In this document: positions 14,515-26,116 of the stretch, one piece after another
Numbering within the stretch: the stretch's first letter is position 1
Layout: each line of letters opens with the position of its first letter
Assembly: GCA_012295275.1 (NCBI GenBank)
Contig: CM022673.1
Location: forward strand, 18,972,001 to 19,036,000
Reading direction: 5' to 3'
DNA: 64,000 nt
Source: Chrysomallon squamiferum
Lineage: Eukaryota > Animalia > Mollusca
Translations under genes and position numbers: made by a program
The notes under the pieces: model-generated
Told to the model about the DNA's origin: nothing
The model's input: the letters and a program-made list of their open reading frames with translations, nothing else
Databases searched by the model: none

Positions 14515-17500
14515 TTATTTTTTAATGAACTTAGCAATGAAAAAGCCTATAGTGTCTGTATCACTGCTTATTCTGTCACTGAATGACAAAACACTTGGAT
14601 CAAATCTCTGGACAAGTTCAAGTTCATCTCTGGTAAGGTCAGATCCAGGAAAGCCTGTCCCACCAATATGTACATTCTTCAAAGCAAAAAAAAAAAAAAG
14701 AAAATTTATAAATTTTTTATTCAGTTACTTGTAATAAAATTGTATAAATATAATTTGTTCTATTATAGGATGAATAAACAGTTTACATATGGTACGTATA
14801 TATTCAATAGATGTTGTGTTTCTTCTGGCTGTTAAACTTAATGAATAAGAAAACAAAAATATGTTTGTAAAGATAATTCATTATAATTTTATAAAATCCA
14901 AATTACTAAAAAGTTATCAGCATTAGGTTAATGAAATTAATACATAATTTGATCATTATTTCATGTTTTTGCATTTAATTACATTCAGTATTTTTTTTTT
15001 AATTTATTAGATAAAATAACAACTATTTTGTTCAACTGGTATTAAGTAATAGAAAAAGTTATGTCGTGGACAAATTTCAGACACCAATCCAAAAACTTTA
15101 ATGATTTTTATCTCAAAAGTAAGTCAAATACCTTACAAAATAAGATAATCCATTTCGAGTGCATACACAGTACATACTATTCTCATATATGATACTTCAC
15201 CGATTTCATGTCTAAAAACTTGTTAACTGAATTACTAATACAGTATAGTCATCTGATCATTAATAATATTAAAAACCTAAAGCCATATCCAATTAGTCTG
15301 TATATAGGACAAATATTAAGATATTAAAAAAAAGTTAAAACTGTAATATTCTGCACCAGATAAAATTCAAACATAATTCTTTCCTTTTTTCCATGCTAAC
15401 TGCTGACAGAATTAATAATATTCTAGTTACCTGTTTGATAAGACACAAACATGGAAATGTTTTCAAAGCCCAGGCAATCTGTGCCTCATTTTCATCCACT
15501 GTGACAGTACATGTACTGTATACCAGAATACCTCCTTGTTTTAACAGCTGCACTGCCTGGAGTTACAGAAATAGAAACAATAAAATCATAGTATGTGATG
15601 TGCTACTGTAAAAACGGGATATTTAATTATTTTAATTATTACTGTTTAGGGTACAGCTTGAAAGAATAGTGTTGTGAATTATACATGAAAATGTAATAAA
15701 TATACAAATTCTAGAATTCAAATGAAATATTTTAGATATTTATTAATAATTATATATATATTTATTAGGTTTAAAAAAGAAATATTTATTTATAATTTTC
15801 ATTACAGTTCAAACTTTTCCCTTACTTTTATTATAAAGTCAACATAATATTTTATATCATATTTGTTACTACAAAATGTAGTACTTAAAAAAAAAGAGAA
15901 AAATATGTAAACCAATTATGATGAACTGGTATTATGTCAAAGTTTATCTTCATTTGCATCTTGCATAGTAAATGAAATGAAAATAATTAACAAATGAATT
16001 TTTTTTTACTGTGCTCTTTAAACTGTTTTTAACTGAGTTACAAACAGATGCTAACTGCATAAAAGAATTTTCTCTGGTACTGTGGATAAGACAGGAGATC
16101 AGTGACTCTTAATTTATTTCTACTAGCAGGTCTCTGACCTAGAGCGCTGCAAGGTGCATCAAGAAGAATTCTGTCAAACATTTCTGGGGGATATGGAGGA
16201 GAACCTGAGATGTCTGAAAACAAAATGAAAGTGCTTTGTTCAAATGTTTTTTTCTTATCTCAGGTAATCTATATTTAATTCTGCAAAAATGTTTAATTCC
16301 AGATTTTTTGTTTATTGTATAAAAATTCTGTATATATTTATTTACAGAAGATAAACTACAATATTATTACTTTTTTTTTTTTTTTTTTTTACTTTAAGAA
16401 AAAATAAAATAAAAATAAATAAATAATAAAGATATAGGTAGGAAGATAGATATATTTTCAATTTTAGTCTTGGGAAACTGATGTTGCTAATTTATTTATT
16501 CCAACTCAATGCATTCTTCAGAAACTGACAACACTTGATCTAACTGATTCCAAGTAAAGAAGTTTTACTGATGTTTAAAATGTTAATATAAAGTAATCAG
16601 CACCTGCATTAATAGATACAGAATCACTGGCATCGAAGTTGTACACCTCAACACAAGTAATTCCCCATTTGCCAGCATTGTCCTTCACCTTGTCAACCTT
16701 CTGCTGTGTTTTGTCAAATGCAACCAAACGACCCTGTAACATAACAGCAGAAAGTTAATAATTGATATTAATGTTATTATGAATAGTAAACACTGAATAG
16801 TAAGCACTTCATTAGTGCTGTAGAACATTCTTTAGACAAATACTCCATAACTGTTATCTCGAAATTAAAAAATTTCCACCAAATTTACAACAAAAATGTC
16901 AGGAATATTTTATTTATGAATAACAGCCAACATTGCACACACATCTCTCTTTAATATCCAATGAAAGAAAGGTGACTGATTAAAAAGAGAATTAAAAAAA
17001 CAACAACAACAGAAGTTAATTAAATGTTATAAATTTATATTTATAAAATTTATACTTTCATTATTAAATTTTAATACTCAAAGAAATCACACGGTCAATA
17101 AATTTATTAATACTATACCATGTTGTTCATAAGAGTTGCAATGTGGACAGTTTTTCCTCCTGAGAATTAAACAAAAATTATTTGTTAGAAATATGTAAGT
17201 TATTTTAATATATATTTTTTGGAAATAATGCTTTTGTATTACTATTTAATTAATTTGCATTATTTGTTTAACATTACTGGTCAAAATAAATAAGTGAAGT
17301 TATCATGAAGTACTACTGCTTAATTATGTTTTTTATACTTTTCTGCTTAAGACTTTTATAGGATAGTTTAGTGATAAAACATTTAACTGTTATAGCTTGT
17401 TCAGTTGATCACATCTGACTGAGGTGTTATACACTTCACTTCCAAGTGAGGTGTTACAGACTGTACAGCTAGCTGACCGAAGTGTTACAGACTGTACAAC

Positions 17501-20500
17501 TAGCTGACTGAGGTGTTACAGACTGTACAGCTAGCTGACCGAAGTGTTACAGACTGTACAGCTAGCTGACCGAGGTGTTACAGACTGTACAGCTAGCTGA
17601 CCGAGGTGTTACAGACTGTACAGCTAGCTGACCGAAGTGTTACAGACTGTACAGCTAGCTGACCGAAGTGTTACAGACTGTACAGCTAGCTGACCGAGGT
17701 GTTACAGACTGTACAGCTAGCTGACCGAAGTGTTACAGACTGCACAACTAGCTGACCGAGGTGTTACAGACTGCACAACTAGCTGACCGAGGTGTTACAG
17801 ACTGTACAGCTAGCTGACCGAAGTGTTACAGACTGTACAGCTAGCTGACCGAGGTGTTACAGACTGTACAACTAGCTGACCGAGGTGTTACAGACTGTAC
17901 AACTAGCTGACCGAGGTGTTACAGACTGTACAGCTAGCTGACCAAAGTGTTACAGACTGTACAACTAGCTGACCGAAGTGTTACAGACTGTACAGCTAGC
18001 TGACCGAAGTGTTACAGACTGTACAACTAGCTGACCGAGGTGTTACAGACTGTACAACTAGCTGACCGAGGTGTTACAGACTGTACACCTAGCTGACCGA
18101 GGTGTTACAGACTGTACAGCTAGCTGACCGAGGTGTTACAGACTGTACAGCTAGCTGACCGAAGTGTTACATATTATTGAAGTGCCTTTACTGTTTGTAA
18201 CAGACAGTGTAAAAAACATATACTTTAAAAATGTAAACCTTTTTCCTATATAAACTCAGCTAAAAAGGAGTCAACAAATTTTGAAATATTTTCAATAATT
18301 ATTTGCTGTAAATCAGAAGTGAAAACAAATTACATCTGATGTCAGCTTACCTGGTGCTGCACCCATATCTAGAATTATCTCTCCTGGCTGAGGATCAAGG
18401 ACATGAGAGCAGACTACTGATGGAAGATTCTGAGCAAATACAAGCTTAGGCAAAATGTCAGTCAACACTGGAGCTTCGAAGAGTGGCTCTGTCATCAACA
18501 CACCAACACCACTGAAACAGACAAAACGTAATTATATTACAGCTAGTTTTCCTACAGAACATTTAGGAAACCAATGAAACAGAAACGTTTTATTCAGTCA
18601 GTAATACAGCAGAAAAGGATAAAATAAAAACTCACCTCAACTGATTAGATTTGCAGAACAAGTCTTCTCGACTTATCTGAACAAGGCCATTACCAACAAA
18701 TATTTTGTTTTCTTCATATTTCTGTTTTAAACCTTTCAAACACAGCCCATCAATGTCAGAGAAAACAGAGACTTTATCTCCTTTCTGCATTCCTGAAAAT
18801 TATACATCAGTCCAGGTAAGTTAATTCATCAAGATTTAAACCCTTTGGACAACAGCAGCTTTAAAATTTACACTAAAGTTATGAAAATAGACACACATGC
18901 ATTTATTTTATTTCCACCATTGTGTTCATGTTCTTTTTCTAATAAATTAGAACATCTTTAGCTAGTATGATGAAGAAAAATTTACCTTTGTTTTAATATT
19001 ATTAAGAAAGAATATTTACAACAGTTTTATTCTTTCCCTTTACAAAGTTTACATTAAATGATTAAATTTTATGTCTTTTGTTATTAAAAATGTTAGAAAC
19101 CTGTGGGTGCACCCATAATTCCCTGAATAAAAACATCAGCTCCTCGGAGAACAGACATTCCACAGAGATAATCAACTATTACTTCCTTCTCTGCCTTAAA
19201 AATAAAAATAAAAATAATATTCATTGTGTTACATTTCAATAATTATGGACAATTCTTCATGCGGTTCATTTATAATTAAATTTTGAGGCAGTTGTTTAAA
19301 AAAATGTATATCTATAGTATTTAACTGTTCATATGCTCTGATAAAATTAAGTGGCTACTTAATTAAACTGTATAAATGTGCTTAAATATACTACAGTGAG
19401 AAAAAAAGAAAGAAAAATTAGCAGAAGGAAACAATACAATTACTCATGTCAGTTTGGCTGATTATAAAATTGTTAGCTATTTGAGCTTAACAGTTTTTCT
19501 TTTAGTCCATGAGAATCATATACAGAAAAAAGAAATAAAAAATAAAAAATATTTTAAATAAATATAGAAACAGGCTTCAAAACTGATTACTCATGTCCTA
19601 CACCTGAAACCAAATATATATATATATGCGTGTGTGTGTGTATGTATTGCAAGAAGGAGCAGATTTTGAAATTTAAAAATTATGTTTTTATAGTCAAACA
19701 AATTATTAGAGACACTGTAAGAATATTTGCTGAGAATAAACTTATAAAGGAGTTACTAACGTTTTAACAAAAATTAATAATTAAAGTCACCAGGAATAAA
19801 TGGATACACTGCTGAATATATCAAATTCTTTTGGTTTAATAGTATCCAGAGATCAAAATGGATTTATACATGACCAATAAACAGGTAATAATATTAACTT
19901 ATATATGAAATCTTACTTTATACAGGCATACAAAACAAGCCTGGGATGTTATAAATTGTAGATTTTGAAAAAGCTTTTGGAATTTTATTAAAAAAAAGTT
20001 TAGCTTATTTTAAGTTTGGGGTCTTCATTCAAAGATGGATATCAACTTTTTATAATGAAAGTGAATTGTGTTTATATCTAAATAGTAAGATCACTAAATG
20101 CTTCAAACTTGGTAAAAGTATAAACAAGGAAATCCATTATATCCAGATATATTTATTTTATGTGTTGAGATTCTTGGAATCTTGATAAGAAATAATAAAG
20201 ATATAAACAGGATTGAGATAAATATTAATGAAATTAAAAGTTCTCAGTTTGCTGATGACACAACATTGCTATCAGGCTGGTGTGATAAAACTCTACAGCA
20301 TCTATAGAAACATTAGAATATTTTACCAGTGTATCTGGTCTTAAAATTAATATAGATAAAACAAATATTGTAAAATAAGGCAAAGGGTGTAATGATCCCA
20401 GAAAAATGTGTTCTAAACATTTATTGATAAAATTGGACTACAGAATTTACAACACTTGGGGTATGGCTTTCCACAGATTAGTATCAAATACATGAATTAA

Positions 20501-22755
20501 ACTATAATGCAAAGTTGAATGAGATTAAAAGGCTGCTTGAACAATGGTAAAAATATTTGTCTTCTCTAGGACAAATTACTGTAAACAAAAAGTGTAAGTT
20601 TAGTTTTATCCAATTTGTTTATCTTTTTTCTTCACTACCAAATCCAACAGATTCTTTATTTAAAATATTAGAAACTTTGTAATACATTAAAAATATTGTG
20701 GATTAGAAGTATGTATATGAACAAAGACATTGCCTCTCTTTTGAGTAATTGTTTACAATCTAGAACTTTACTAATATTAGTTTTGGGGTCAGCCTACAGT
20801 AAAGCAAAATCGCTGATATGCAAAAATCCCTTTGTGAAAAATATATTATATACATAGTCAGATTTCTAGAAAAATGTGAAGCTACAAGAGACAAAAATAC
20901 TAAGTCTACCGATTTGGTATAAATCATATCAAAATTGATAATAAATGTGTTTATTATAACACATGGGCAAATAAAGGAATTTTATTTTTAAAAGATAATA
21001 CTCACAGGCTGTAGCTTGCTGTTTATACTTCGGTTTTTTATCACAAGACAGTCTTTGAGAGATGGATGTCTGAACATCTCAAACATATCTATATTTCTCT
21101 CTTTACATTGCTGGTAGGGAAAAAAGATTTAATTAATATTTAACACAAAATTAAAACCCCAAAAACAAATGAACATGTTATGTGAATTGTTCCATATTTA
21201 GTTATGAATATATGGTTTTTAACCAGTTTATTATGAACAATAATTAGATAAAAAAAAAAATTGAAGTTAATGAATAAAAATCTACATATAACTGAAAACA
21301 TAAAAATTGATCTTTATATCATATTGTTTAAAATAAAATAATTACTTTCTCTATAATTTCTCTGACACTATCAATTATCTCATGCTCTGAGTAGCATCTT
21401 GTATTTATTCTCAGAGTTGTGAAAGCAGGAGGTATCCCAAGCCATTTGAGTAAGGACAGAAATCGTTCATTTGATTCTGGGTTTGTATTTCCTACCTGAT
21501 TAGAAAGAAGCAGAAAACAAAAATTATAATGACAAAATTTATTTAAATCATATACGAAGAACTGAAATTAGAAACAAAATTTTTTTATTATTTTCTTTAT
21601 AGATATCTCACTGTAGCTTTATTATGTCATGATGTCCAGAGTCTGTTTATTATGATAATTATTTTTCTTCTGTTTTTACAATAAATTATTCTAAAATTAA
21701 TGGACAGAAGTCACCACTTACTCAAAGTATATTGTATCAACAACTGTATATGTATTGTAAGACTGACTGAAATAGCATATTATGAACAAAACTTTATGAA
21801 TGGTTCAGATAGGTTTTATAGAAAACATGCAGATCTAGTTTCAAAATGATATTACATGCTTGCTGAGTATGATGGCAGTGTTTGTATATACAGAGCTGTA
21901 TGAAGCAGATATGTAACACAATAAAGCTTGTATTTATTCACTTATAGAATTCATCTGTAGCTGCTCTGTTTTAGCATACACAATGTGCAGCACTAATTCA
22001 GTAACTATAAAATATAGTATTGAACCAGCAATTAACTTTTTGTTTTCCATAAAATTTGTTTTGGTTCTTTAAGCAGAATGTAATGAAATAAAAAATTACC
22101 AATTTTAAATGGCAGTTTATAATAACATTTTGGTAAAAATTATTATTTCTACACATTTGTTGTCATTTTATTTTCAAATATAATACAATCAATAAATCAA
22201 ATATCCCTTCATTTACAGCAACACAGCATCTATCATTGTGCTGCCTCATGAGAATTTTTTATTTAAATTTTAATTTTTTTATATCCAGATTATAATGTAT
22301 TCTTAATTCTTATGACAGTGTAGGGTATGCTTGAATATGCTTGAATGTACCCCTAGATGACGTTTTGAGATATGAACATGTATTAGGTAAAATCATGTCA
22401 TTTTTTATATATATATATAATAATTATATATAAAAAATTAATAATCAGCATCTGCAGTTTCCAAAGTTAACACACAATTATTATTGAGTTTAAGTCGTAT
22501 ATGATCGCACCATCTCTCTCTCTCTCTTTATCTTTTCTTTTTTTTTTTTTCTTACAGAATCTGCATATGCAGTAAAAGATTAAAAATAAAATATTCAGTA
22601 AAACCAGTAATTACCGTCATAGTCATGGATGTCCAAAATTAAACTGACCCAACTAAAATTTACCACGATAAAAAGGTTCTTACATCCATAGCGCTGAACG
22701 AGTTAGCAAGCCAGGCTCTAACCTCAGGATGCAGTCGAATACTGTAGACAGCCAT
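14515..22755 (-). CDS. NSUN6: tRNA (cytosine-72-C5)-methyltransferase NSUN6, about 451 aa, 11 coding exons
   Basis: Exons (minus): 22755-22684, 21495-21346, 21110-21006, 19194-19101, 18792-18636, 18511-18351, 17159-17119, 16733-16604, 16213-16056, 15556-15431, 14676-14515. All introns are GT-AG and the phases join into one 1356-nt frame. Motifs: PPAFTTLRINT, PUA domain (CGMSVLRGADVF), QNLPS, DMGAAPGGKT, FDRILLDAPCS, YSTCT, DTIGFFIAKF. Confidence 0.95.
17451..18170. repeat. 31-bp minisatellite, about 23 copies, in NSUN6 intron 6
   Basis: Tandem unit GTGTTACAGACTGTACA(G/A)CTAGCTGACCGA(G/A), with no spacers. A degenerate copy lies at about 17415-17450. Confidence 0.97.
19720..20998 (+). mobile_element. 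Degraded L1/Tx1-type non-LTR retrotransposon ORF2 (reverse transcriptase) fragment in NSUN6 intron 3
   Basis: RT motifs readable in order across stops and frameshifts: KSPGINGYTAEYIKFFW, DQNGF, IVDFEKAF, KQGNPL, SQFADDTT, SGLKINIDKT, and C-terminal PIWY...TWANKGILFLKD. Confidence 0.85.
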
Positions 22756-23097
22756 TTCAGTTATGTATATATACTTTAAAAAGAAAAATAAGGTTTGAAA
22801 TTATTTTTCTCTATCCCAGATCAGACAAAAAAAAAAAAAAAAAAAAAAAAATTAAAAATAACTGCGAAATACTGTCTAAGGGAAATAACTGTAATTAATT
22901 AGTATCCATTTAATTCATTTAAAAGACTGAGTCTTTTTTTTTTTTTTTTAACTATAATTCATTTTCTAGACAATTCACGCGATAATGTTCTACTGTTATC
23001 TTTTTATACTATATAAAGCAAACTAAAAATGGAATTCAAAGGAGACTGTCAAATGCTTATTTCTTATTATGCGTTCACTGTAAATAATAATTAATTA

Positions 23098-23136
<39 letters not shown>

Positions 23137-23279
23137 TAAGATGCAGTATTTTCTGCAAAAAAAATATGTAAAACTTCAAGTGAATTTTAAATATATAGTA
23201 TCTGTATGTAATAATTGTTTATTTATAAGTATTATTTATCTTTCACTTATAATTTTTTTTTTTTTTTTTTTTTTTCAAC

Positions 23280-23910
23280 TCCGAACGTCATGCCGAATAG
23301 AGTTTAATGTGTTTAATTCTCTCATTTTGGAGTTATTTCATTTAAGCACCAACCCAATACCAACTTAATATACTAGATAATCCCTTCAGATAAACGAGTG
23401 TCTGTCATTCGAGATCATAAGCTCGTACGTCCTTTTTAGCCCTATCCGGATGTAAGGAGACGACAGTTCGTTTTAGTTAGCCAATGAAATAAGTTGAATG
23501 CGAAGTCTGCGTTATATCCTACGTCAATAGTCTTACTATTAATCAACGAAGTAAATATTAGTAAATTAGTAAATATTAGGCACCATATGGTTGAAATCAT
23601 ATTTTATAAATCTCAAAAATGTACATGGCTTATTACATGGTCCAAAATACCAGAATTAGCATCCTAACAGGTTACTGAATTCATTCTGATTGGGAACTAT
23701 TTGTTTGAAAGGCTTGACGAAAGATAATTGTTCGCGTAAGATATTATACATCGGTACTAAAGCTGTTAGAATTGATTCGTTAGTTTTATTTCAGTCTTGA
23801 CAAAGCATGTGCTGAGATTGCGCCACAAGGGAAACGCAATAGTTGACGTATTTAGTAAGTTTCACGTTATCCAAATAATCACTAATATAATAACGTTACA
23901 TTTTCAGGTA
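23280..23910. promoter_or_regulatory. Probable bidirectional promoter region between head-to-head NSUN6 and ABCF2
   Basis: Locally CpG-enriched. CCAAT boxes in both orientations (AGCCAATGA near 23479, GATTGG near 23689). Both ATG-bearing exons are preceded by splice acceptors, so the first exons must lie in this intergenic span. The TSSs cannot be determined. Confidence 0.45.
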
Positions 23911-25749
23911 ATCCATCGAAAAGTAGTCAGTTTTCATTTACTTATTTCTAAATATTGATAAACAAACATTGTACGTTTCTAACTGGAAAAGCGGAAGATG
24001 GAAACTAAAATTCATCTACCATTTATTTAATGATTTCATTTATTGAATGCAGGAGTTCCAGATCGATGTGACACGCAGTGTTATACAATGTTACATATAT
24101 ATATATTTTTACAGTTCTGATATTCGTTATTTGAAGATATTTAACAAGGAAAGTAAAAAAAAAAGGTGATCTAAAAAATATTAATAATAATGTATCGTAA
24201 TTATCGACAATAAAAGAATGATGAACAAATCAGAATGATAGTTCAATTAGTTGATAATAATTGATATATGCTAGTGCTATATTCCAGACCACGTGCTAAA
24301 TTCTTTTTTCTGAGTCATTAAAAATTATGAATCAATTCAGATTTTGTATTGCTTTAGCTGAGTAGCTTTGATTAATTAATTATTCAGTCAATTTTAAATT
24401 TATAAAAAATTTAATTTTCTTTACAAAAAAAAGAAATATATATATATTTCTTATCATTTTATAATTTAATTCCAATATATATATAATCTATAAACTCTTT
24501 AACATGTGCCAAATAATCAGTTGGCAAATCATATTTTTTCCCTTTCCTTCCCATATGGCGTTACTGTTGACAGAACAAAATAAAAGATTCTTTCTAAACA
24601 CTTACCTCTTGTATGGATGGTACAATTGCAAACAGTATCATAATGCACTGTACCTATGTTCTATTAAGTGGAGATAGTGTAGTCTTTCTATGTATGTGTT
24701 TTTGGCAGTTTGCTTTTTATACATGTTTTCACTATAAAACACATTGCCATGGTCATGGAAATTGCTACCATCATTTACAGGTAACTCTGCAAATAATGGA
24801 ACCTGAAAAGTAATAGATTTTTTCCCATATCCGGTTTTGTATCTTTCTTTATAAATATTAACATACAAGATCTTGTACAGGATGACAGTAAAAGGTATTA
24901 GAATGTTCCACGAATTTCCCCAAAATGACAGCTATTATCTGTTTATGGAAGCAATTGTTTTAAAGTAATAATCTTTATTTCCAAAATTGTTACATAATCC
25001 TTTTTGTCAGTGTTGATAAAATAATTCAGTTACATCAGCAGTTTTATGATCAGTTGAGTATATTGTTACATATGACGGGTTTGAATTTTACCGTATCACC
25101 TGCAAGTGCTGTGGTTGTCCTCCTCATTTAGCTTAGTGTTTCAAAATTTGGACAGTATCTATTGCAATAAAGACCTGTGAAGGTACTTTTAATCTAGAAA
25201 TGCAACTTTAAAAGTTGAAAAAGCACAAATGTATTAGGCAAGCTAGCAAGTATTTGTTAGGTACGAGTGATTCAAATGAACACAAATGGCAGCAGGCTCT
25301 TCATTTGTGTAAACTAGATAAAAAGTATTAATTATAAAAAAATATATATCATTGTGTTTGTATTATGAATAAATAGAAGAAAGTATTGTCTTTTCTTTTT
25401 TTAATATGAGTAAAGTGCAGTTTGATCTAAAGGGATTTTATTCAGTTACCATCTATATGTCCTTTTTACAATCAGATTATCAGCTTTGTCAATGTACACA
25501 TATATTTGAATTTGAATATATACTGTTCATAAGATGTAACATGACATATTTGAATATTATCTATTGAACAAAAATGGCTATAAAATTTTCCTTATTTTCA
25601 AATTTATATGATGTAACTGGTAAGGAATAACTGTAGTTAGCAAATGTGCATTTAAAAAAAGAATATGTTTACTGATAATAAAAATAACATTAGTTGAGCA
25701 TATTCATGAAACTATAAAGCCAGCAATTATCACGTTACTTAATGTAGTA

Positions 25750-26083
25750 ATGCCATCTGACGCCAAAAAGAAAAGAGATCAGAAGAAGAAAGAAGCAGCA
25801 AAGAAGAGGACTGCTGCAAAACCTGTCAAGAATGAAGACGCACAAAATGGAATAAATGGTGCTTCAGGTAATTGTTGTTTTATAAATCTTTAAACAGTTA
25901 ATACACTGTGTACATAGTGAATAAATTATTCTTGCAACCAAACTGTCACTAAAGAAATACAAAAGTTTTTGTTTATTCAATCACATTTCAGTAAAGTCTA
26001 GGCGTTAGTAAGTAGTACATAGAAACAGATCACAAACTAGCTCTGTGTTTAAATTGATACACTGAAGGGATAAATTCCACCTA

Positions 26084-26116
<33 letters not shown>

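Noticed and set aside
17451-18170. CRISPR-like array (about 30-bp palindromic repeats)
   Set aside because: The units are directly adjacent with no unique spacers, there are no cas genes, and the context is a eukaryotic intron. It is a minisatellite.
24214-24320. Possible C/D snoRNA (ATGATGA ... CTGA) upstream of the ABCF2 ATG exon
   Set aside because: No proper terminal stem outside the boxes and only a mismatched resemblance to a U6 guide. Such box pairs arise by chance in AT-rich DNA.
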